Source of the DNA: Phycisphaerales bacterium
GTDB lineage: Bacteria > Planctomycetota > Phycisphaerae > Phycisphaerales > UBA1924
DNA length: 64,000 nt
Reading direction: 5' to 3'
Assembly: GCA_035628115.1 (NCBI GenBank)
Contig: DASPKL010000004.1
Location: forward strand, 13,001 to 77,000
Made by a program: the position numbers and the translations under genes. This document shows, in pieces, positions 27,187-36,830 of the stretch (positions are counted from its first letter, which is position 1; every line of letters starts with the position of its first letter). The notes under the pieces were generated by a model, which was given only the letters and a program-made list of their open reading frames with translations, had not been told where the DNA came from and ran no database searches.

Positions 27187-28119
27187 TCAAAGGTGTTTCC
27201 GCCGCCGCCGCGACGCGGCGAGAGCGCCGAAGGCGCCAAGCGCGAGGGCGGACGGGGCCGGGATCGGGATCCAGATGGTCGCTGGGAGGATGGTTGTCTC
27301 GAAGACGCGGTGACTGCCGATATCAGTCGGGCTTTGCTGCCACGCGATATAACGGTTGTCGTCCGCGCTCGAGACATCGCCGGCGCGGAGCATCGAGCCC
27401 TCCGCGAGGCCAAGCTGCAACAAACGACCCTGGATGTCCGACGAAATCCGGATCGCGCCGCGGAAGACGACGATGTCCTGCGTGCCGCCCTGCCAGGCGC
27501 TGCCGGCCGAGGCCTGTGACAACTGACCGGCCGCGACGCCGCGGAGGATGCCGAGCAGTTCGTTGGTCGGCACGGGCGGCGTCGTGAGCGCCGGGAGCGG
27601 CCAGTTGCTCGCGAAACTCCCGGCGAGGCGCGCCCAGGAGCCAGCCGGGGCGCGGTTCGCGCCACCATCATGGCGGAACTCGGTCAGCGTGTTCTGACCC
27701 GCGGCGTTCATCGCCGTTGCGCCGAAGGGAAAGACGCGGCCGTACGCGGCGAGCGGCGTGTTGCTGTTGCCCTCGGCCTGCGTGAGCATGGAAAAAGGGG
27801 TGTTGTTGCCGGAAACACCGCCGTTCAGCCACGGAAGAAATTGGTCGCGGCTGGCGCCGCTCCCGGTGTTGTCGAAGTTGCTGATCGCCGGCTGGAAGCG
27901 CATGTTGCCGAGCGCGAGCAGGTCGGTGCGCGAGCCCGTGTAGCTCACGACAACGCGGAAGTCCACGGTGTGCCCGGGGAGCGCGATGACCATCGGCGAC
28001 CAGACGCCACCGTTCAATACCTCGAATTGAACTCGCTGCGACTCCTGCGCGCGAGCGATGGCCCCGCAGCAGCCCGCAGCAACCACGAGCGCCTTGACGG
28101 TGAATGCCTTCGTGAACAT
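27187..28119 (-). CDS. secreted PEP-CTERM-anchored protein, tandem paralog 2 of 4
   Basis: Same blocks as paralog 1 and alignable over its full length by eye. Tail IPAPSALALGAFGALAASRRRRKHL. Confidence 0.85.
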   Translation of the reverse strand: MFTKAFTVKALVVAAGCCGAIARAQESQRVQFEVLNGGVWSPMVIALPGHTVDFRVVVSYTGSRTDLLALGNMRFQPAISNFDNTGSGASRDQFLPWLNGGVSGNNTPFSMLTQAEGNSNTPLAAYGRVFPFGATAMNAAGQNTLTEFRHDGGANRAPAGSWARLAGSFASNWPLPALTTPPVPTNELLGILRGVAAGQLSQASAGSAWQGGTQDIVVFRGAIRISSDIQGRLLQLGLAEGSMLRAGDVSSADDNRYIAWQQSPTDIGSHRVFETTILPATIWIPIPAPSALALGAFGALAASRRRRKHL

Positions 28120-28171
28120 GACTCTTCCTCCGATCGCAACACGAGCGAATCCCAGCCCAATTGTAATCTTA

Positions 28172-29104
28172 CTACCCCCGCCGCCGCGCCGCGACGAGCA
28201 GACCCGCCGCGAGAAGCGCAGCGCCCGCCGGCGCGGGCACGATCATGATGTTCGCCCCCAGCACCTGCGTGTCGAGGACGCGGTAGCTTCCGAGGTCGGT
28301 TGCGCTCTGCTGCCACGCGATATACCGGCTGTCGTCGGCGCTCTCCGCGTTCCCGACGCGGAGGAGTGAGCCGTCCGCCACGCCCATCTCGATCGTGCGC
28401 ACGTCCGGGTTGTCGGCGGAGAGGAGGATCGCGCCCCGGAAGACGGTGATGTTCTGCGTCCCGCCCTGCCACGCCGTCCCCGCCGACGCCTGCGCCAACT
28501 GCGAAGTCGCGACCCCTCTGAGGATGCTCAGAAGATCGCCGGTCGGGACCGGTGTGGCAGCCAGGCTCGCCTGGGGCCAGTTGCTGCAGTACCCGCCCGC
28601 GAGGCGCGCCCAGGAGCCCTGCGGCGCGCCGTGCGACCCGCCGTCGTGCCGGAAGTCGGTGAGTACGTTGAAGCTCGCCGCGTTCATGGCGGTGCTCCCG
28701 AACGGGAAGACGCGGCCATAACCGCCCATGACCGGCGCAGTGCTTTGGGCCTCTTCGGCCGTGACCATCGTCGGCCACGGCGGCGGGTTCGGCCCACCAG
28801 CCGATCCGCCGTTCCGCGTGAACGGCTCGAAGCTGTCCCGCGATGAGCCCTCGCCGGTGTTGTCGAAGTTGCTGAATGTGGGCTGGAACCGCGCGTTGCC
28901 GAGGCCGAGAAGGTCGGTCCGCGTCCCGGTGTAATTGATCATCACCCGGAACTCGATCCGGTCCCCGGGCATCGCCGCGACGGCGTTCGACCACGTCCCG
29001 TCGGGGTGGGCCACCTGATAGATGATCTGCTGCGATTCCTGCGCGGCCGCCATCGACGCCGCGGCACCGACCGTCACGATCAACGCCCGCACGCTCCGGC
29101 GCAT
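28172..29104 (-). CDS. secreted PEP-CTERM-anchored protein, tandem paralog 3 of 4
   Basis: ATG at 29102-29104 (MRRSVRALIVTVGAAASMAAAQESQQ) matches the paralog N-termini. The 76-aa upstream extension in the track is not conserved. Tail VPAPAGAALLAAGLLVAARRRG. Confidence 0.8.
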   Translation of the reverse strand: MRRSVRALIVTVGAAASMAAAQESQQIIYQVAHPDGTWSNAVAAMPGDRIEFRVMINYTGTRTDLLGLGNARFQPTFSNFDNTGEGSSRDSFEPFTRNGGSAGGPNPPPWPTMVTAEEAQSTAPVMGGYGRVFPFGSTAMNAASFNVLTDFRHDGGSHGAPQGSWARLAGGYCSNWPQASLAATPVPTGDLLSILRGVATSQLAQASAGTAWQGGTQNITVFRGAILLSADNPDVRTIEMGVADGSLLRVGNAESADDSRYIAWQQSATDLGSYRVLDTQVLGANIMIVPAPAGAALLAAGLLVAARRRG

Positions 29105-29178
29105 GGCAAGCCCTCCGACCATGTGGAGTCTACCGCATATTCGGGGGGATGCCAGGAAAAGTTCCGAGAATTGCGGTG

Positions 29179-30105
29179 TTAACTCGCATGCCGCCGCCGT
29201 TTGGTCACCGCCCAAGATGCTGCTGCAAAGATCAGGGCTCCGGACGGCGCGGGAACGACCGCGACGGTAGCGCCGAGAATCTGCGTACTGAAGGCGCGAT
29301 AGCTGCCGAGGTCGGTCGGCGACACCTGCCACGCAATGTATCGCTGGTCATCGGCGCTGTTCGTCCCTCCGTTACGCAGCAACGAACCTTCTGCAATACT
29401 CAACTCGACAACGCGACTGTCCATGTTGTCCAACGCGAGCCTGAAGGCGCCCCGGAAAACGATCAAGTTGGACGTACCGCCCGCCCACGCCGCCCCCGCG
29501 TTCGTTTGGTTCAACTGGCTCGAAGCGATACCCCGCAGTATGTTGTTGATTTCTGCCGTCGGAATCGGAGGCGCTGTCTGGCTGGGCAATGGCCAGTTGC
29601 TCGAGAATGTTCCGGCAATTCGAGCCCAAGATCCGGCAGGCGCTCGGTTGTGTCCGACGTCATGACGAAACTCTGTCAGCACGTTCATGTTGCCCGAAGC
29701 CATAGCCACGGAAGCGTACGGAAAAACGCGGCTGTACGCAACGAGCGGGGCGGTCGATGCGCCTTGCGCTTGCGTCAGGACGCTGTTGGGGATTCCGTTA
29801 CTACTGGTGCCGTTGTTCAGCCACGGCAGAAACTCATCCCGTGAAGCGCCAGCGCCCGCGTTGTCAAAGCCGCTGAACGTTGGCTGGAATCGCGCGTTGC
29901 CGAGACCGAGCAGGTCCGTGCGCGTGCCCGTGTAGTTGATCATCACCCGGAACTCGATTTGGTCGCCGGGGAGCGCGGTAACTAAGTTCGACCATGTCCC
30001 GCCCGGGTGCGCAACCTGAAAAATCAGTTGCTGGGACTCTTGAGCGACGAGCGTCGGGGTGCAAAGCCCGGCTGCCGCTAGAACGGCCGCGGTACGGTAA
30101 CTCAT
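29179..30105 (-). CDS. secreted PEP-CTERM-anchored protein, tandem paralog 4 of 4
   Basis: ATG at 30103-30105 (MSYRTAAVLAAAGLCTPTLVAQESQQ), preceded by GGGAGAGAGAC on the coding strand. Tail VPAPSGALIFAAASWAVTKRRRHAS. The rest of the 587-aa track ORF is an Arg-rich extension overlapping rarA. Confidence 0.8.
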   Translation of the reverse strand: MSYRTAAVLAAAGLCTPTLVAQESQQLIFQVAHPGGTWSNLVTALPGDQIEFRVMINYTGTRTDLLGLGNARFQPTFSGFDNAGAGASRDEFLPWLNNGTSSNGIPNSVLTQAQGASTAPLVAYSRVFPYASVAMASGNMNVLTEFRHDVGHNRAPAGSWARIAGTFSSNWPLPSQTAPPIPTAEINNILRGIASSQLNQTNAGAAWAGGTSNLIVFRGAFRLALDNMDSRVVELSIAEGSLLRNGGTNSADDQRYIAWQVSPTDLGSYRAFSTQILGATVAVVPAPSGALIFAAASWAVTKRRRHAS

Positions 30106-30164
30106 GTCTCTCTCCCTCTCGAGGGGGAGTGTACAGGAAAGTGCGAAGCTACGCAACCGGCTTG

Positions 30165-31550
30165 TCAGTGCCCCCGCGCCTTTTTTGCCCGCGCCAAGGC
30201 CTCGCCCAGCCGCTTCTCGTCCCCGTGGTCCGTCGGCTTGTAGTACTCGGCATCGACCCCGAGATAGTCCTGCGTCCCGATCCGTCCCAGGTGCTCGTCC
30301 GCCGTGCCCTCGCTGTGGGCGTAGGCGTACTCGTCCCCCGTGCCCGACGCCGGCTTCCCCGCCGACAGCTCGCTGGCCTTGCGAACGTTCTTGTCCTTGA
30401 TGTGCACGGGCACCGCGACCGTCCGACCCTCGCGCACGTCCTCCAGCGCCGCTTCCACCGCCATGTAGCTCGCGTTGCTCTTCGCCGCCAGCGCCAGATA
30501 GATCGTGCACTGCGCCAGCGTGATCCGCGCCTCGGGCATGCCGATGCGCTCCACCACCTGGTACGCCGCCGCGGCGATCATCAGCCCCCGCGGGTCGGCG
30601 TTGCCGATGTCCTCGCTCGCGAGGATCGCCAGACGCCGCGCGATGAACCGCGGGTCCTCGCCCGACTCGAGCATCCGGGCGAGCCAGTAGACCGCGGCGT
30701 CCGGATCGCTGCCGCGGACGCTCTTGATGAACGCGCTCGCGTGGTCGTAGTGCTGGTCCCCCGAGGCGTCGTAGACCATCGCCTTCTGCTGGATGGAGTC
30801 CTCGGCGGTCTGGTGGTCGATGACGATGGCGGCGTTCGATGCCGGGGATTCGCCGCCCGCCGTCAGGTGCCGCTGGCTCTCGACGGCGACTTCGAGCGCC
30901 GTCAACGCCCGCCGCGCATCGCCGTCGCTCTTGACGGCCCACACCCGCAGCGCGTCGTCGGTCACTCGCAGGTTGACGCCGCCGTACCCGCGTTCCTTGT
31001 CCGCGACCGCACGCTTCAGCAGCGCGATGACGTCGTCCTCTTCCAACAGCTCGAGGCGGAAGAGCGTGCTACGGGAGACGAGCGCCGAGTTGACCGCGAA
31101 GAGGGGGTTCTCCGTCGTCGCGCCGATGAGCGTGATCAGCCCGCGCTCGACATCTGCGAGGAGCACGTCCTGCTGGGCCTTCGTGAAGCGGTGCACCTCG
31201 TCGAGGAAGAGGATCGTCCGCCGCCCCTCCAGCTCCAGCCGCCGCGCCGCCTCGTCGCAGACCTCGCGGATGCGCTTGACGCCGACCTGCGCCGCGTTCT
31301 CCCGCACGAAGTGGCGCTTCGTGTGCCGCGCGATCAGTTCCGCCAGCGTCGTCTTCCCCGTCCCCGGCGGCCCGTGCAGGATCATGCTGGTGATCGCGTC
31401 CGCCTCCAGCATCCGGCGGAGGAGCTTGCCGGGGCCCAGGATGTGCGACTGGCCGACGAACTCGTCCATCATCCGCGGGCGCATCCGCACCGCGAGCGGC
31501 TCCACGCGCTTGCGCGACTCCTCCCGTTTGGCCGCCCACAGGTCCGCCAT
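30165..31550 (-). CDS. rarA: replication-associated recombination protein A (AAA+ ATPase)
   Basis: From ATG 31548-31550: RMRPRMMDEFVGQSHILGPGKLLRRML, Walker A LHGPPGTGKTT, Walker B ILFLDEVHRF, and the C-terminal MgsA block HYDHASAFIKSVRGSDPDAAVYWLARML. Confidence 0.9.
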   Translation of the reverse strand: MADLWAAKREESRKRVEPLAVRMRPRMMDEFVGQSHILGPGKLLRRMLEADAITSMILHGPPGTGKTTLAELIARHTKRHFVRENAAQVGVKRIREVCDEAARRLELEGRRTILFLDEVHRFTKAQQDVLLADVERGLITLIGATTENPLFAVNSALVSRSTLFRLELLEEDDVIALLKRAVADKERGYGGVNLRVTDDALRVWAVKSDGDARRALTALEVAVESQRHLTAGGESPASNAAIVIDHQTAEDSIQQKAMVYDASGDQHYDHASAFIKSVRGSDPDAAVYWLARMLESGEDPRFIARRLAILASEDIGNADPRGLMIAAAAYQVVERIGMPEARITLAQCTIYLALAAKSNASYMAVEAALEDVREGRTVAVPVHIKDKNVRKASELSAGKPASGTGDEYAYAHSEGTADEHLGRIGTQDYLGVDAEYYKPTDHGDEKRLGEALARAKKARGH

Positions 31551-31662
31551 GAAGCGAGCGTACGTGCCGGGGTGAAGAGGGGGCGAAGCGCAGGCGAGGC
31601 ATTCGGGATTCGTGATTCGGCATCCGCCGCACGCCGCCGCGGGCGCCATGGGCGGACTCGAT

Positions 31663-31809
31663 GACCGCAGAGACACAGAGGTACAGAGAAGAGAAAGACG
31701 GGATTGGGTTCGACACGCGAGAGCAGCGGGAACCCGGGTGCGTCCCCGCCTTCTCTTCCAACCTGCCATTTCTTCTTTCTTCTCTGTGCCTCTGTGTCTC
31801 TGTGGTGAA
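31663..31809. repeat. MITE-like hairpin element, family A (CACAGAG-rich terminal inverted repeats)
   Basis: The left arm GACCGCAGAGACACAGAGGTACAGAGAAGAGAAAG (31663-31697) is the imperfect reverse complement of the right arm ...CTTTCTTCTCTGTGCCTCTGTGTCTCTGTGGTGAA (ending at 31809). The same end motif recurs at 36605-36632, 41709-41728 (degenerate) and 42674-42703. Confidence 0.7.
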
Positions 31810-32187
31810 CCCGCTCGCCCACCACCGACGCCCGGCCGGGTCTCTGCACGAATGCCGAGCCACCAACCCCGGATCCCGATCTCTCTTCCCCGGTCATTGA
31901 ACGCCGAACCTCTTCTTCACCTCTATTTCCTTCCCTCGCCCCCGAACCCAACGTATTGTTTTCGCGAGGTGGTGGCATCCGCGGCGGCGCGCTCTGGCGG
32001 GGCGTGCAAGGCGCGGATCGGCGGGACGCTCTCCCGCGCGAATGGCAGCCCCGCCCGCCGTTGGTCGGCCCGTCGCCGTCCTCCCGCCGGGACAGCGCCG
32101 GGCCAACGCACCTGCCGCGCGGCGAGCACCGCCGCGGGCGCGGGGAAACGCGCGGGGCCGGGAGCGACCGGCGCGCCGACGACACGC

Positions 32188-34194
<2,007 letters not shown>

Positions 34195-34317
34195 GCCGGT
34201 ACCCCGCCGCTGGTGGTCCGCCCCTCCGGGGCGGAGTCTTCTCTTCGGGCGTTCCGACTTCGCCACCGGCCTTCTCGCGCGGACGCGGGGAGTGGGGGAG
34301 CGGGAGACACCGAGCAT

Positions 34318-34342
34318 GTGGGGCAGGCGTCCCGCCTGCCAC
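34318..34342. repeat. REP-like palindrome, family C (GTGGGGCAGGCGTCCCGCCTGCCAC)
   Basis: Identical 25-mer at 35903-35927. The arms GGCAGGCG / CGCCTGCC form an 8-bp stem with a 3-nt loop. Confidence 0.8.
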
Positions 34343-34516
34343 CGAGCGCCCGCGGCGCCCGCACCGCACCGCCCGCACGCGACCGCCCGCGTCCGTACGA
34401 GCCCCGTGCGCGAGCACGGAGCGATGAACCATTCGCACCGTCAAAGCGCGCGTCACCCGGCCTGCGTCTTCTCACCTTCCCACCTGTTCACCTGCTCACC
34501 TCCTCATCTTCTCCAT

Positions 34517-34555
34517 GGGGAGAAGTGGTCGCCGTCCGCGGCGACCGGTGAGGGG
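34517..34555. repeat. REP-like palindromic element, family B, core copy (inverted relative to 5192)
   Basis: GGGGAGAAGTGGTCGCCGTCCGCGGCGACCGGTGAGGGG, followed by TCTTC as at 36560. Confidence 0.7.
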
Positions 34556-34605
34556 TCTTCGCGCACGAGACGGCGACACCCCACCCGGCCATAGGCTTCG
34601 CGGCC

Positions 34606-35430
34606 GTGGACCCCGATGCGTCCCAACCCGCGAGCCCACCCGGTGCGCAGCCGGACGCCGCGCCCGGCGACATCCCCGTCACCGTGACCGACGACCGCAT
34701 CGCGGGCGCGGTGCGCTTCACGCCCGACGACTGGCTCATCTACTGGCGTTGGTATTACCTCGACCGCCCCGAGGCGCTCTCCGCGGAGCGCATGCGATAT
34801 CGCCACGCCAAGAACCAGTATCGCAAGACCTTCCTCGCCGCGGCCGTCGGGATGTTCGCCCTCTGGATGTGGCACGCCCACCGCGTCAAAACCGGCGCCG
34901 ACCTCGAGGGCGAATGGCTCGGCGGGCTCGCGCTGATGCTCGTCCTCGTCGTCTACTTGTTCTCGAACGTCCCCAAGCCGGTCGACCGCTCGGCGCAGCT
35001 CGGGGCCTACCGCGACCAGATCCGGAAGAACCCGCCCGCGCAGCGCGACGGGTGGTGGCGGTTCGAGTGCACGCCGCGCGGGCTCCGCGTGACGGGTGAC
35101 GGCGTCGAGTACGCCGTCGGCTGGAGCCGCGTGCACGGCGTCTACGACCGCCCGGATGCGGTCTTCGTCTACACCAACGGCTGGCCCGCGATCATCCCCA
35201 ACCGCCTCTTCACCGGGGGCGGGCGCGACGCCGCCGTGCGGCGCATCGGCGACTGGGCGCGCTCCGCCGCGGGGAGCGACGCCTCCCGCATCGCCGCGTA
35301 CCTCGCCGACCACGACGCCAAGTGCCCCGACTGCCGCCACAACCTCCGCGGCCTGCGCGACCTCGCCTGCCCCGAGTGCGGCGCGATGATCAGCCGGTAC
35401 GACGTGCCCGAGCCCTTCGCGGCGGGGTGA
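34606..35430 (+). CDS. hypothetical membrane protein, YcxB-like (PH-like) middle region and C-terminal CxxC...CxxC zinc ribbon
   Basis: 274-aa ORF with two hydrophobic segments (FLAAAVGMFALWMW, LGGLALMLVLVVYLF). A segment RGLRVTGDGVEYAVGWSRVHGVYDRPDAVFVYTNGWPAIIPNRLF recalls YcxB-family domains. It ends with CPDCRHNLRGLRDLACPECG. GTG start is uncertain. Confidence 0.55.
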   Translation: MDPDASQPASPPGAQPDAAPGDIPVTVTDDRIAGAVRFTPDDWLIYWRWYYLDRPEALSAERMRYRHAKNQYRKTFLAAAVGMFALWMWHAHRVKTGADLEGEWLGGLALMLVLVVYLFSNVPKPVDRSAQLGAYRDQIRKNPPAQRDGWWRFECTPRGLRVTGDGVEYAVGWSRVHGVYDRPDAVFVYTNGWPAIIPNRLFTGGGRDAAVRRIGDWARSAAGSDASRIAAYLADHDAKCPDCRHNLRGLRDLACPECGAMISRYDVPEPFAAG

Positions 35431-35442
35431 CGCGGGGAACGC

Positions 35443-35589
35443 GAACACAGAGCAAAACGGAGAGAAGAAGAGGAAAACAGAGAGGAGAATACTGGGCTCA
35501 GAAAAGAAGAGCATCGTCTCGCTCTTCTTTTCAACCAGGTTTTCCTCTTCTCTGTCTTCCTCCTCTTCCCTCTGTCTTGCTCTGTGTTC
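35443..35589. repeat. 147-bp imperfect palindrome between convergent genes; a central perfect 12-bp hairpin may act as a bidirectional terminator
   Basis: The ends GAACACAGAGCAA (35443-35455) and TTGCTCTGTGTTC (35577-35589) are exact reverse complements. The inner stem is GAAAAGAAGAGC (35501-35512) / GCTCTTCTTTTC (35521-35532) with an 8-nt loop. The right end overlaps the TAG of the minus-strand gene. Confidence 0.7.
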
Positions 35590-36263
35590 TAGGCGGCCAC
35601 CGTCGCACTCACGCGCTCGCCCCAGGCGCCGACCTCGCCGGTGGTCGTCAGCCACCGGCACTGGTAGTGCACCGTCTTCCCCGCGTGCGCGGGCTCGAAG
35701 GACAACCGCACGCCGTCGCGGGTGATGGTGCGGACGTAGCGGTACGCCTGCTCGTCCTGCGGCGCGGGCGCGCCCGGCTCGGTGAGCGCGACGTAGACCT
35801 CCGCGCCGAGGACGCCGCGGGGCTTGCGCCGCGCGGGGGAAGATTCAGAAGGCACGAAGCGGAGACGGTGTGTAAACCGCGCGTCCTGCTCGACGCTCAC
35901 GTGTGGGGCAGGCGTCCCGCCTGCCACCGCGCCGCCCCCGGCGCCGCGCACGGTCAGCCCCATGTCCGCCCGGTTCGCGTTGGTCGTCAGCGGCATCGCC
36001 TGGATCAGCGCCGCCAATTGCCGCGCTGCGCGCTCGAGCGATGCGCGGGATTCGTTCTTGGTCGTCGTCGCGGCCCTGGCCGCATCGCGCGCGGCGCGGG
36101 CCGCGCTCAGGTCGGTCGCGAACTGCGCGGCCAATCCCTGCACGTCGATCGCGGGGGAGGGGTCCGCGCCGGTGAGCAGCAGGAACTCGTACGCCCGCGC
36201 GCCGAAGTGCTCGGCCCACGTCGCGAAGTCGGCGTCCTCTCTGGGGACGAAGTCGTGGGGCAT
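35589..36263 (-). CDS. hypothetical protein, island-flanking paralog L (helical N-part, FN3-like C-part)
   Basis: ATG 36261-36263 (MPHDFVPREDADFATW...) aligns with the paralog at 41869-42528. Shared blocks are DADF..W, H.LRFV......RR.KP.GVLG.E and GKT..Y..RW....GE.G.WGE...AT.AA. Confidence 0.7.
   Translation of the reverse strand: MPHDFVPREDADFATWAEHFGARAYEFLLLTGADPSPAIDVQGLAAQFATDLSAARAARDAARAATTTKNESRASLERAARQLAALIQAMPLTTNANRADMGLTVRGAGGGAVAGGTPAPHVSVEQDARFTHRLRFVPSESSPARRKPRGVLGAEVYVALTEPGAPAPQDEQAYRYVRTITRDGVRLSFEPAHAGKTVHYQCRWLTTTGEVGAWGERVSATVAA
35903..35927. repeat. REP-like palindrome, family C copy lying in frame inside the paralog L CDS
   Basis: Identical 25-mer to 34318-34342. 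On the coding (minus) strand it is translated as VAGGTPAPH. Confidence 0.8.
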
Positions 36264-36500
36264 GGCGACGGCATCGGCGATTCCCGCGCGCAACTTCACC
36301 GGTACACGCGATCCGCGTGGTCTTCCCCGCGACCCGCGCGGTGCACCCCGCGCGGTCCGCGCGGCCCCACGCCCGCGCCGGGGCGGCCCCCGCGTCCATC
36401 GCGGCCTTCCCCGAGCAACGCGGGGAAACCCCCGGCCGTCGCGGGGAACGCACCGAACGATCCGCGGGCGAGCGAATCCGCGCGCCGGGAGCCCGGCGCT

Positions 36501-36559
36501 CCCCTCCCTCGCCCCGTGTCTTCACGGGGAGAGGTGGCGGCGCAGCCGCCGGTGAGGGG
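36501..36559. repeat. REP-like palindromic element, family B, full copy (inverted relative to 5192-5247)
   Basis: CCCCTCCCTCGCCCCGTGTCTTCACGGGGAGAGGTGGCGGCGCAGCCGCCGGTGAGGGG. This compares with the reverse complement of 5192-5247. Confidence 0.7.
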
Positions 36560-36604
36560 TCTTCCACCCCGATGCCTCACCTCCGGACGCCGCGGGTGGG
36601 CCGG

Positions 36605-36690
36605 TTCACCACAGAGGCACAGAGACACAGAGGTGGACCGGGTCGCAGAGCGCACGGAACAGGAAGCCCGACCGTGAGGGAGGGCATTCC
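36605..36690. repeat. left 86-nt inverted repeat bounding the low-GC island
   Basis: It pairs with 41643-41728. The outer 20-mer is 18/20 identical and the inner 33-mer is 30/33 identical to the reverse complement of the right copy. Composition drops immediately after 36690. Confidence 0.8.
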
Positions 36691-36830
36691 CACTGATTTC
36701 AGAATCGAGCCATTTGCTGAGTAAGCCAGACGACTTCTGGCTCAAGGCCGACAAATACTACACGCCCAGTCTTTCCATACAGGCCTCGCCGACGAGCTTG
36801 CTTGGAGTAAAGGAAGCCCTACAGTAGGGC

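Noticed and set aside
31551-32187. N-terminal extensions of the rarA (to 31769) and speA (from 31612) track ORFs
   Set aside because: The extensions run through the CACAGAG hairpin repeat and encode Arg/Pro-rich sequence. Conserved family N-termini begin at the internal ATGs (31550 and 32188). The same reasoning was applied to rsmA (7779-8606), LOG (62396-63193) and PEP-CTERM paralogs 3 and 4.
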